Source: Candidatus Zixiibacteriota bacterium (GTDB lineage: Bacteria; Zixibacteria; MSB-5A5; DG-27). From it: DNA of 64,000 bases. The notes under the pieces were generated by a model. The model saw only the letters and a program-made list of their open reading frames with translations, ran no database searches and was not told the DNA's origin. This document shows positions 19,241 to 28,217 of the stretch, piece by piece. The stretch covers positions 5,732 through 69,731 of the forward strand of contig JAUWHO010000042.1 in NCBI GenBank assembly GCA_030605835.1. Direction: 5' to 3'. A program made the position numbers and the translations under genes. Numbering within the stretch: the first letter of the stretch is position 1; each line of letters starts with the position of its first letter.

Positions 19241-20703
19241 AGAGACTCAGGCAATTTTGAGAGTAATATGTCCAGACGTGCGAGAATCTCATCCCCCTGA
19301 GCTTTGAAGAAGTTCAACTCCGTCTGGAGGCAGTCGCTCTCCACCAGAAGAAAGCTCTCCTCGCTTATCAGACCCTCTCCCTTCTGGCTTTTTGCAATTT
19401 CGAAATCCTCTTCTGAAAGCTTCAGCTGTTCTTTGTACAACTGGATTTTCCGGTTCTGCTGAGAGACTTTATTTACAAGACTCCTGAAGTTGAGATCGAA
19501 CAGCTTCTTCTCCCTCTCCAGCGCCAACTCTGAGGCCACATAGGAGGCTTCGGCGCTCTTCACTTTGGAGCTATTGGAACCGCCATCCCAGATCGGGACG
19601 GTGAAATTGATATTCACCCCCCAGCGATTTGGCTCGAAGGCGTCGAAGCTCTCGCTGGGGACATCTCCGCGCCCCAGAAGGCTATAGTTCAGACTGAGGT
19701 CGCCCTGGATGCGACCACTCTTGGCCGCCTGCTGAAGTGTTCTCTCTTTTCTCTCCAGGTCGATTTTGGCCGTTATCACCTGCACGCTGGAGTTGGAGCG
19801 CAGATGTTCGGGGACAGCAAGTTGCGACCTCAAAGCCTCCCAATCCACACGATCGTTCAGATCGATGTCACCCGGATATTCAACCTCCAGGAGGCTCAGG
19901 AATTTAACCTCCAGCTCCGCCAAGTTGTTTTCCTGCTCCAGGAGGCTCACCTCCAGGTCGGACCTCTCCGCTTGAAGGTTGAAATACTCGTCCGGTTTAA
20001 TCAGACCGGACTGCCATTTCACCTTGGCCGCTTTGACCAAAAGCTCCAGCCGGAGTAATCTCTTGCGGTCAATCTCCAGTTGCCTGCGGGCGTAAATCCA
20101 ATCGAAGTAGTTTTCATAGACCTCCCTTTCCAGATTCAGCAGATCCTGGTGGTTTTTTATCTTCGCGGATTTCAGATCCAGCTTTGCCTGATCGAGCTCT
20201 GCTCCCCAACTGGAGAAATCCAGAAGCGGTTGGGTCAGGCTTAACTGCAAACCGGTCCTGGTCTCGCGGATTTCCTCGGGGTCACGATTGTTGGTGCTGT
20301 TGTAACCATCGATTTTGCCGGAGACCTGTAGCCGTCCGCCGGTATACAGGTTCTGGGTGAGGCTGAGGGTTGCTCCGTGGTTGTAATTCGTGGCCTCATA
20401 CAGCCTCCTGCCCAGTGGTGGGATGTCGAAGAAATCGCGAACGTGGGAATAGCCCGGAGTGGAGATGTTCAAGCTCGCCTGCGGGAGAAGATATGACAGT
20501 CTGGTGGCGCGATAGGAAAGCTCCGCAGATTCCAGTTCCCGGTCGATGATCTCCTTCTCGGAGCTCCGCTGTAAAGCGAATTTCAGACAATCCTGCAGGC
20601 TCAAGACCAAGGTGGGCGCTTCCTCCTGTGGGTACGCTGCACCCTGCTGGAACATCAGTAGAACGACCAGCAGTATTACTTCGATAATATTGTACTTAGA
20701 CAT
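19237..20703 (-). CDS. TolC-like outer membrane efflux protein (OEP family)
   Basis: ORF track 488 aa; signal peptide, two long heptad-rich helical repeats typical of outer membrane factor proteins; 4-bp overlap (ATGA) with downstream GT9 gene. Confidence 0.7.
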   Translation of the reverse strand: MSKYNIIEVILLVVLLMFQQGAAYPQEEAPTLVLSLQDCLKFALQRSSEKEIIDRELESAELSYRATRLSYLLPQASLNISTPGYSHVRDFFDIPPLGRRLYEATNYNHGATLSLTQNLYTGGRLQVSGKIDGYNSTNNRDPEEIRETRTGLQLSLTQPLLDFSSWGAELDQAKLDLKSAKIKNHQDLLNLEREVYENYFDWIYARRQLEIDRKRLLRLELLVKAAKVKWQSGLIKPDEYFNLQAERSDLEVSLLEQENNLAELEVKFLSLLEVEYPGDIDLNDRVDWEALRSQLAVPEHLRSNSSVQVITAKIDLERKERTLQQAAKSGRIQGDLSLNYSLLGRGDVPSESFDAFEPNRWGVNINFTVPIWDGGSNSSKVKSAEASYVASELALEREKKLFDLNFRSLVNKVSQQNRKIQLYKEQLKLSEEDFEIAKSQKGEGLISEESFLLVESDCLQTELNFFKAQGDEILARLDILLSKLPESL

Positions 20704-20886
20704 GTCGCATTTCCTCTCACAACGCCCGACGGTGGAGGTTTGAGCTACCCGGCTTCTCGACCGTGGTGACTCCTTGCCTCCCCGAGCAGGCTTTCAATTC
20801 TCACGTATGACCGAACTTCAATCTGACCGAATTGGGTATCTTTGACGGGTCTTCTGACTCGAATACTCTCCACGTTCGCGATTAAA

Positions 20887-20920
20887 CCATTCACTATTCA
20901 CCATTCACCGTCCACCATCC
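20887..20920. repeat. CATTCAC-type 7-nt repeat tract (short copy)
   Basis: ccattcactattcaccattcaccgtccaccatcc; part of a segment (about 20846-20925) duplicated at about 21173-21300. Confidence 0.7.
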
Positions 20921-20997
20921 AGCTAGGGTGGGGGTTGAACCCCCACCCTCGAACGGGCAGGGGTACAACCCCTGCCCGAGCTTGAGCGAACCACAAT

Positions 20998-21072
20998 TCC
21001 CGTTACCTGTTACCTAGTTCCTATTTCCTAATTTCCCGTTCCCTGTTTCCTGCTCCCTGTTACCTGTCACCC
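20998..21072. repeat. Pyrimidine-rich 7-nt repeat tract (CCTGTTA / CCTATTT / CCCTGTT units)
   Basis: cccgttacctgttacctagttcctatttcctaatttcccgttccctgtttcctgctccctgttacctgtcacc, within the MacB-like/TolC-like intergenic region. Confidence 0.75.
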
Positions 21073-21210
21073 ACTTCTACGCGCGTCTCAGGGCCTCCAC
21101 TCCGCAGTGGTGTCAGGAGTTTCCTCCTGACACCTACCGTCAGGACGCCAGAGTCGCCTAAAGTGGAAACACCTGACGGCACTCGAATATTCTCCACGTT
21201 CGCGATTAAA

Positions 21211-21300
21211 TCATTCACTATTGACCATTCACCATTCACTATTCACCATTCACCATTCACTATTAACTATTCACCATTCACCAATCCCTGTCACCTGTCT
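21211..21300. repeat. CATTCAC / TATTCAC 7-nt repeat tract (GTGAATG on minus strand)
   Basis: tcattcactattgaccattcaccattcactattcaccattcaccattcactattaactattcaccattcacc..., ending at the MacB-like stop codon (21301-21303). Confidence 0.85.
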
Positions 21301-22596
21301 TCACTCGTATCTCAGCGCTTCGATGGGGTCCAATTTGGAGGCTCTCTGGGCCGGATAGAAGCCGAAGATGATCCCCACGGAGGCGGAAACTCCGACTGCC
21401 AGGACTATCGAATACAAGGATATGATGGTTCGCCAATTGGCATAATATGTGATCCCCGTCGCCAGACCCAGGCCAACCACCAATCCCACCAGGCAGCCGA
21501 GAAAGCAGATGAACAGTGCCTCCAGCAGGAATTGATAACGGATGTCTCTCTGTCTCGCACCCACCGCTCGCCTCACCCCAATCTCCCTGGTTCTTTCAAG
21601 AACGGTAGCCAGCATGATGTTCATTATGCCGATTCCCCCCACCAAGAGGGAAATCCCGGCAATTGCACCCATAACGATATTGAAGATGCGCTGGGTCTTC
21701 TGGCTTTGGCGGAGCAACGCCTCCGGAACCACCACCTGATAATCTTCCACCTGGTGGTGTCGCCTCTCTAAGATGCTCTTCAGGGCCGCTTGTGCCTTGT
21801 AAATATCTTTGTGGTCCCCAACTTGAATAGAGACCTCGTCAACCTGGCTGGGAGCTTCGAAGGTGCTTGCGGTCATCATGGTGTAACCACGCCTCCTGAT
21901 CACTCGACCTTTGGCGGCTTTATCCAGCCTCTTCATGGAGGTCTTCAGGGGAAGGTAGATTCCGGAATTGATATCCCTCACCGTGAGCCCTTCGATTTTG
22001 GTTTTGCCCACCGGTTTCTCCCCGAGAAAGCCGACGACGGTGAAATACTGATCGTCCAATTTGATCTGTTGCCCCAGGGGGTCCTCAAAAGGGAAAAGCT
22101 CCCTTTTCACTTTCGCTCCCAAAACGCAGACGCGCCGATATTCCTCTCCATCCTCTTCGGTGAAAAACTTCCCCGATTGTATCTGCAGCTCGAAGAGCTT
22201 CGCGAAATCCGGCTCGGTACCGACTACCTCAGCCTTGGTCTCGACATCTCTGTAAGTGACAATGTCCACGTCCTCCATCCTCTGAGGCACTACCGTTTCG
22301 ACCAGCGGATAGAGATTTCTGAAATTCTCGCAATCCTTCAGAGTTAGACCCTCCGAGAGGCGTCGGAGCTCCTCTGCCTTGGTCCCCTTCTCCAGCGCTT
22401 TAGCCTTTACGATGATGTTTGTCGAACCTAAGAGTCTGATCTGCTCTAAGGCGTCCTGCTTTGCTCCCTCCCCGATGGAGAGCATACCGATGACCGCTGC
22501 CACTCCGAAGATAATCCCCAACATGGTCAGGAAGGTTCGGAGCTTATGGCCCACAAGGGAGCCGATACAGATTTCAAATACCTTGGCGTATTTCAT
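21301..22596 (-). CDS. ABC transporter permease, MacB/LolE-like (FtsX domain)
   Basis: ORF track 21301..22701 trimmed to internal ATG (MKYAKVFEICIGSLVGHKLRTFLTMLGIIFGVAAV; GGAGAGG upstream), which removes the overlap with the adaptor gene; C-terminal FtsX-type 4-TM bundle. No ATPase domain in this ORF. Confidence 0.8.
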   Translation of the reverse strand: MKYAKVFEICIGSLVGHKLRTFLTMLGIIFGVAAVIGMLSIGEGAKQDALEQIRLLGSTNIIVKAKALEKGTKAEELRRLSEGLTLKDCENFRNLYPLVETVVPQRMEDVDIVTYRDVETKAEVVGTEPDFAKLFELQIQSGKFFTEEDGEEYRRVCVLGAKVKRELFPFEDPLGQQIKLDDQYFTVVGFLGEKPVGKTKIEGLTVRDINSGIYLPLKTSMKRLDKAAKGRVIRRRGYTMMTASTFEAPSQVDEVSIQVGDHKDIYKAQAALKSILERRHHQVEDYQVVVPEALLRQSQKTQRIFNIVMGAIAGISLLVGGIGIMNIMLATVLERTREIGVRRAVGARQRDIRYQFLLEALFICFLGCLVGLVVGLGLATGITYYANWRTIISLYSIVLAVGVSASVGIIFGFYPAQRASKLDPIEALRYE

Positions 22597-22615
22597 CGGA
22601 TAGATCCCGCCTCTC

Positions 22616-23899
22616 CTATCCCCCTGAACGGCGAGCTCCCCGGGGCTGTCCCCGACCTCCTTGCGGAGGCTGTTCGAAAGCACCCCTCCCTGTCTCCCCA
22701 ATCCCGGCCTCTTCCTGTTTTCTGGTTGGGTCTGTCAGGCAGATTCTCTCCTCTCCTGAAAGCCCGGAGATGATGGTCACTTCGATATCGTTTCTGGGCC
22801 CGACCTCCACCTCTTGAGGGTGGTAGCTGCCGCCCTCGGCGAGGTAAACGATCCTTCTCCCCCCTTTCTCAAAGACCGATTCGATTGGCACCCAGACTGA
22901 GTTGGGGATGGTGTCTATGATGATTTCAGTCTTGGCGGCCATGCCCGGCTTCAGGCGCTCGTCGTGGCCCTCCACCGTGACCTCGACATCAAACACCCGG
23001 ATTTTGGAATCGTATGATTTGGCCTTGGCCAGGGCTCCGATTTTGGTGACCTCTCCGTGAAAGGTCGGCTCCGGGTAGGCATCCAGCTTTATCTCCACCC
23101 TTTGTCCGGTTTTCAGCTTGCTGACGTCGACCTCGTTCACAGTGGCCTTGACCAGCATGGTGCTCAAATCCGGGAGATCGATGATCGTCTGTCCCGGCCA
23201 GGGTTGATCCCCCTCCTGCATCTTGCCTCTTTGTCCACCCTTCCACACCTCCGGAAAGACCACCAGGCCGGGAATCGGCGCCCTCACCGTCAGATTCTCG
23301 ATATCCTTTCGGGCATCATTGATCCTCTCCTCGGCTCTGTTGACCTCCACCTCCAACTTCTCGATGTCCGCACCCGAGCCCGCCAGCTCTGTGTCCACCC
23401 GCATCCGCATCAGCTCCAGCTCCCTTTCCGCCTCCCGCCTGATTACCGGGGCTTCGAACTCCTTCTCCTTGAAATTTCTCTCCGCCCTCTCCAGATCCAG
23501 TTGTAGTTGGTTTTCCTGAAGCTCTTTGTTTCTTATGGCTTTGTCCAGGTTGGCGTGCGCGATTTTAAGGTTGTCCAGATTGTCCTCCAGGATCTTCTCG
23601 GCCTCCGATTTGTCGAACTCCACCAGGAAATCACCCTTCTGAACGTAGGTCCCCTCCTCGGCCAGCCTGGTTATGGTCAACCTCCCGACGGCCCTAACCT
23701 GAGGGGCGGTAATCGAAACCGACTTCTGCGCCGCCAGCTCCCCGGACTCCACCAAGGAGATTCTGAAGACTCCACTTCTGACTTGTATGGTGGCGACGTT
23801 CAGCTCCTTCTTCGTGATCATCCCTGCAACCCAGACGATCAGAACGATCGCCACAACGACCAGCACATATATTGTCAAGCGTTTTTTCTTCAAGGCCAT
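22616..23899 (-). CDS. Efflux periplasmic adaptor subunit (HlyD/MacA-like membrane fusion protein)
   Basis: ORF track 427 aa; N-terminal TM anchor, long coiled-coil hairpin, beta-barrel region; Gly/Arg-rich tail; immediately upstream of the MacB-like permease. Confidence 0.8.
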   Translation of the reverse strand: MALKKKRLTIYVLVVVAIVLIVWVAGMITKKELNVATIQVRSGVFRISLVESGELAAQKSVSITAPQVRAVGRLTITRLAEEGTYVQKGDFLVEFDKSEAEKILEDNLDNLKIAHANLDKAIRNKELQENQLQLDLERAERNFKEKEFEAPVIRREAERELELMRMRVDTELAGSGADIEKLEVEVNRAEERINDARKDIENLTVRAPIPGLVVFPEVWKGGQRGKMQEGDQPWPGQTIIDLPDLSTMLVKATVNEVDVSKLKTGQRVEIKLDAYPEPTFHGEVTKIGALAKAKSYDSKIRVFDVEVTVEGHDERLKPGMAAKTEIIIDTIPNSVWVPIESVFEKGGRRIVYLAEGGSYHPQEVEVGPRNDIEVTIISGLSGEERICLTDPTRKQEEAGIGETGRGAFEQPPQGGRGQPRGARRSGG

Positions 23900-23903
23900 C
23901 GGA

Positions 23904-25484
23904 CTATCTCTTAATTTTTGCTAGATAAAGGACTCTTCTCAACTCTTCGATTTTCAAAATATGCGAGAAAAAGAGGAAAATCAACAGACCCGAAACCGAT
24001 ACCAGAAGGAATCTGAGCAGGGTGGCGATGAAACTCAGGCCCGGATCAAACAGGTTGACGACTCTCCCCGCGAAGATCAGAAACAGGGACATAAACAAGG
24101 AAGCCAGGAGGATCTTCACAACTGTCGGCACCAGGGAAGACCAATCGATCTTACCGATCTTTCGGTTGAAGAAATAGAGCAGGAGAGAGATATTGACCAG
24201 TGCCGCAACTGCCGTCGCCATCGCCAGCCCCGTGTAACTGAAAAACTGCATCAGGATGAGGCTCAAGATGATGTTGGAAGCGACCGCGATGGCCGCCACC
24301 ACCACCGGGGTTTTGGTGTTCTTGACGGCGTAAAAGACCTGAGAGGTGACTCGAACCGAGGCGTAGGCGAAAAGTCCGGCGCAATAGGGAATCAAAGCCC
24401 TGGTGGTGGCAAGGGTGTCAACTCCGGTGAATTCCCCTCGCTGATAGAGGAGTTTCAAAATCGGGGAGGCGAGGAATATGAGAAAGAGGCTGGAGGGAAT
24501 GGTCAAAAACAGAGCCAACTTCAAGGAATCGTAATAGGTGGAGAGCATCTTATCTCTATCTCCTAAAGCGGCCAACTCCGAAACCCTGGGCAAAGACACC
24601 GTCGCCACCGCCACCCCGAAGACCCCCAGCGGGAAGTGCATCAGACGATAGCTGTAGTTCAGGTAAGAGATACTTCCCTCCGGCAACAGAGAGGCTAAAA
24701 CAGTGTTAACGAAAATGTTGATCTGAGTCACTCCTACTCCGATCGCCGCCGGGGTCATGAGGGCGATGATTCTTCTCACCCCGGGGTCACGGAAATCCAG
24801 AATTGCTCTGTAAACGAAACCAACCCGCCTCAGAAAAGGCAGTTGCAATCCCAGCTGCCCCAGACCTCCGAGAAGCACTCCGATCGCCATCCCCACAATC
24901 GGGGGATCGAAGAAGGGGCAGATCAGAAATCCGGCCGCGATCATCCCCAGGTTGAACATCGTGGGGGCGATCGCTGGAGGACCGAAGCGGCCGAAGCAGT
25001 TCAGCGTTCCCATCACTGCCGCCGCCAACGCCACCAGGATCAGAAAGGGAAACATGATCCGGGCCATAAGAGTCGTCAACTCCGCCTGCCCGGGATGCTC
25101 CCCGAAGCCGGGTGCAATCAGTTTTACGATCAAGGGGGCCAAAACGATCCCTAAAAGGACCACCACACCGGTTGCGACCAGAAGACTGTTTAGCACCAGG
25201 TTGGTCAACCTCAAGGCGGACTCTTTTCCCCGTCTGGTCAGGTGTTCACTGAAGACCGGGACGTATGCTGACGATAAGGCTCCCTCGGCGAACAGATCCC
25301 TTAGGAGGTTGGGTATTCGGAAGGCAGCGAAAAAGGCGTCGGTATAGATTCCGGCGCCGAAAAGATAGGCGAAGACCTGTTCGCGGAGAAGCCCAAATAT
25401 CCTCGAGAGAAGAGTTCCACCGCCGACGGTCCCCACCTGTTTTGCAATGAGGTCCTCCCTGGCTTCCAGTTGATTCAAATCCAT
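23904..25484 (-). CDS. murJ: Lipid II flippase MurJ (MviN family)
   Basis: ORF track 526 aa; LSRIFGLLREQVFAYLFGAGIYTDAFFAAFRIPNLLRDLFAEGALSSAYVPVFS is the conserved MurJ N-terminus; 14-TM topology. Confidence 0.9.
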   Translation of the reverse strand: MDLNQLEAREDLIAKQVGTVGGGTLLSRIFGLLREQVFAYLFGAGIYTDAFFAAFRIPNLLRDLFAEGALSSAYVPVFSEHLTRRGKESALRLTNLVLNSLLVATGVVVLLGIVLAPLIVKLIAPGFGEHPGQAELTTLMARIMFPFLILVALAAAVMGTLNCFGRFGPPAIAPTMFNLGMIAAGFLICPFFDPPIVGMAIGVLLGGLGQLGLQLPFLRRVGFVYRAILDFRDPGVRRIIALMTPAAIGVGVTQINIFVNTVLASLLPEGSISYLNYSYRLMHFPLGVFGVAVATVSLPRVSELAALGDRDKMLSTYYDSLKLALFLTIPSSLFLIFLASPILKLLYQRGEFTGVDTLATTRALIPYCAGLFAYASVRVTSQVFYAVKNTKTPVVVAAIAVASNIILSLILMQFFSYTGLAMATAVAALVNISLLLYFFNRKIGKIDWSSLVPTVVKILLASLFMSLFLIFAGRVVNLFDPGLSFIATLLRFLLVSVSGLLIFLFFSHILKIEELRRVLYLAKIKR

Positions 25485-26006
25485 CCTTTCCCGAAAGGGA
25501 TGCTTGAGGCTAAGCTAATCCTGTCAAAGATTACGATACCCAAAATATAACTCCTCAAACCGATTGACAAGTCAATTTGCTGAGGTGCTTGACGCTGCCT
25601 GCGAGAAACGGTCTGAGTAAAAGCCGCACCTTCACAGTCATCCAAAACGACAGCAGATGTCAAATGACCTTCTACCGTTCCGCCAGGACCGGAGTCCGCC
25701 GAAGGCGGACGTGTCCTGGCGGTCACTGTTCTCGGTCAGACCTACGGCTCCTGTGAGACATGCCATTACTTCGGTCCTGACCGGACCACAGAACTTGCAG
25801 CGGAAACCCTTAGGTTTCCACAAACCAACTGAACCGTAGAGCGGTGAATTTATCACCGCCAACCTCCGGGTCGGTCGCCGCAGGCAATCCGCCTCTGGCG
25901 TGATGAACTCCGACCGCTACAGATTATCCTTTGTCCGGTCAGATCCGCACGGAAAAGAAATGGGAAACAGGATCACCCCCAAAAGGCCACAAAGCTCCCG
26001 AAAATT

Positions 26007-26034
26007 GTTGACAACTTCGAGCTGAAATGTATAT
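26007..26034 (+). promoter_or_regulatory. Sigma-70-like promoter candidate for rpsT
   Basis: TTGACAacttcgagctgaaatgTATATT (-35 TTGACA, 16-nt spacer, -10 TATATT) about 45 nt upstream of the rpsT start; a second TTGACA lies about 35 nt downstream. Confidence 0.5.
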
Positions 26035-26078
26035 TTAGCGGGTTGACAGACGAACTATGATGTGGAATAGGAGGTATT

Positions 26079-26348
26079 TTGCCGACACACAGATCTGCAG
26101 CTAAACGGGTGCGGACATCTCAGATGGCGCGGACCAGGAATAGAGCCTGGAGGTCCCGGGTCAGAGGAGTAATGAAGGACCTCAGCTCCGAGAAGGATAA
26201 ATCCAAGGCTCAGGAAACCCTGAAGGTAGTCTCCTCAGTCCTGGACAAGGCTACCCAGAAGGGGGCGATCCACCACAAAGCCGCCTCCCGAACCAAATCT
26301 CGCCTGGCGAGGCAGGTGAACGATTTGCCGGAGCCAAAAGCCGAATAG
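26079..26348 (+). CDS. rpsT: 30S ribosomal protein S20
   Basis: ORF track 89 aa; TTG start with AGGAGG upstream; MPTHRSAAKRVRTSQMARTRNRAWRSRVRGVMKD matches the bS20 N-terminus. Confidence 0.9.
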   Translation: MPTHRSAAKRVRTSQMARTRNRAWRSRVRGVMKDLSSEKDKSKAQETLKVVSSVLDKATQKGAIHHKAASRTKSRLARQVNDLPEPKAE

Positions 26349-26409
26349 CCCTATCAGTTTTAAGTGATGGAGAATCGATTTCTGAAGGGGGTTTGCTATA
26401 ATCAACGAA

Positions 26410-26787
26410 TCACCACCACAGCCTCTCCCCCACCAAAAGCAGCAGTCTCGGGTTACCCAAAATGATTTGTTTGACAACTTGGAACTTGTCCAATCCCGGG
26501 ACCGCCTTCCCACCAAGCATCCGATCCACCGCTCCGAGGATCTTTTCGAAGTCCTCGTCATCTGATTTTGCGTAAAGGTCTTGACAGAAACCGTATAGCT
26601 TTCTGTCCCTAGCCTTCCACTTCCGCCATCTCTCTGGATACTCGCCGAGATCGGCCCTCCCCTCCAGGAATTCATTTATCACCTCACCGGCGATCCTGCC
26701 GGAGAACAGGGCGTTACCGATTCCGGCATAGGTGAAGGGGTCAGCCAGGCGAATTGCATGACTTTCGAGTTTACTCTCTCGGATCCA
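26410..26787 (-). pseudogene. Truncated remnant of an FAD-dependent oxidoreductase (geranylgeranyl-reductase-like C-terminal fragment)
   Basis: Frame is open from the stop at 26788-26790 (inside the serpin 3' end) to 26410; ...LADPFTYAGIGNALFSGRIAGEVINEFLEG resembles the C-terminal motif of GGR-type flavoproteins, but the N-terminal FAD-binding part is absent. ORF track lists only the GTG-initiated 90 aa. Confidence 0.35.
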
Positions 26788-27973
26788 TTACGCGACCGAG
26801 AAACAGGATGCTGTTCGAACGGAGGTCACGAATCAGAAACAGAAACGGATGATCCGCCCGGAAAACGGGTTGTCGTGGCGGAGCCGCGGTGAGGCCCACC
26901 ACAACACCCGTGGCGGCGGCGGCTTCGGTGCCCTCCTCGTTGACCTCGACAAAGGCTTTGTGCAGGACCGCAGTAATGAAGAGATCCTTCTTGCCGCTCA
27001 TGCCGGAGAAATCGGCCTTGTCCTCATCGAAAGCATCGGTCATCCCCATGGACTTGAGAACCTCGGCCAGGCTGAACTCGGAGGTCATTTTGAATTTCGG
27101 CAGAGCGACGATGACCTCTTGCTTAGTGAGTCCCGTCAGCCACTTCGCCAGATTTTCGCGGTTGAGCAATTTCTCGAAATCTGTTATCGCATCCGTTTCC
27201 TTGGGAAGCAAAACAACCATCGACAAATCATCTCCGAGGTAGGGTATCTCCAGACCCTGTAAATGGTCGGTCTCCGTGTAGTTGAAATCCGCGGTCCGAT
27301 GCATCGTGGGGACCTGGACTTTCTCGCCGCTCACAAGCGTGAAGGCAGCAGGTCGGGTCATCTCCTCTTCAAACTGAGACTCCCAGAAACCCTTAAAGTA
27401 TATGGCGTTGGTCAAGACCAGCCGGGTCAGGCGATCCAGCACTCCCGGCTTGATAAGTTCCTTGATCTTGTCCTCGGTTTCCCTCTCAACCCAGGTGTTG
27501 ATTGTCTGACGAGCAGTTTCAGTCGACCCGATGAAGTCAAGCTCGCTGAGCCCGGCACCGTAATTCTCCTTGGTGAGGTTGAGGAATGTTTCGAGAAACT
27601 CATAACCTCTCTGACCCCACAAGGCATTAGCGACGCTAAGCTGGTAGCCTCGTTCCCCCTCTCCCGTCTCCAGTTGATCGAGCAGTTCCCGAAAGGCCGG
27701 ATGCAGACGTTTCTGCTCTAAGTCGAAATGCAAGACCTCGGCCATCTGTTTCTCGGTGCTGCCTCGAGCCCCGGCATAGGTCATCGCCAGTGCGGTCGAG
27801 ATGCTGTGAGGTGAGAAAAACAGGTTCCCATCTCTGTTCTTCAGCTCGGCGTATAGGTCGAGCGCAAACGCATTATTCCCCTGTACCATCATCTCCCCGT
27901 CGGCGGTCGCAGATCCAGTCGCCATTTGAGTGAGAGCCATGGAAACCAATAGGAACGTTTGAATTATTCCCAT
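26771..27973 (-). CDS. Serpin (serine protease inhibitor), probably secreted
   Basis: ORF track 400 aa; FSPHSISTALAMTYAGARG, NAIYFKGFWESQF, hinge/reactive-centre loop EEGTEAAAATGVV and C-terminal FRADHPFLFLIRD serpin signature; strong AAGGGAGG upstream of ATG. Confidence 0.9.
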   Translation of the reverse strand: MGIIQTFLLVSMALTQMATGSATADGEMMVQGNNAFALDLYAELKNRDGNLFFSPHSISTALAMTYAGARGSTEKQMAEVLHFDLEQKRLHPAFRELLDQLETGEGERGYQLSVANALWGQRGYEFLETFLNLTKENYGAGLSELDFIGSTETARQTINTWVERETEDKIKELIKPGVLDRLTRLVLTNAIYFKGFWESQFEEEMTRPAAFTLVSGEKVQVPTMHRTADFNYTETDHLQGLEIPYLGDDLSMVVLLPKETDAITDFEKLLNRENLAKWLTGLTKQEVIVALPKFKMTSEFSLAEVLKSMGMTDAFDEDKADFSGMSGKKDLFITAVLHKAFVEVNEEGTEAAAATGVVVGLTAAPPRQPVFRADHPFLFLIRDLRSNSILFLGRVMDPRE

Positions 27974-28217
27974 TTCAACCTCCCTTTCCTTAAGACATGT
28001 CTTTAGACAATAGAATTATACGCCCGAGTGGGGCTTTCAATAACGTTGACCCGACGGTCTCAGCTTGTACGGGGTTGACATAAACAGTCGTGAGACACCG
28101 AATCAGGAAGTCCGTTCGGCGGAATTGCGACGAGGCAATTATCACAGCATACAGATTGCTTTCAAAGCCAGCTTGAAGATGATGTTTTCGGGGATGGCTC
28201 CCACTCAACAGGAGGTC

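Noticed and set aside
20926-20948. tRNA-like appearance of gggtgggggttgaacccccaccc and of gggtagcccagtgg...
   Set aside because: Stems are 9 bp with 5-nt loops and there is no D-arm/anticodon/T-arm cloverleaf or conserved GTTC box; I found no sequence in the window with tRNA geometry.
21163-21771. Plus-strand ORF (202 aa) with SPFTIHHSPFTI repeats
   Set aside because: N-terminus is translated repeat DNA and the remainder is antisense to the MacB-like permease gene; a typical shadow ORF.
27990-28208. Small minus-strand ORF (72 aa) between serpin and the downstream gene
   Set aside because: No SD, no recognisable domain; more likely the serpin leader/promoter region.
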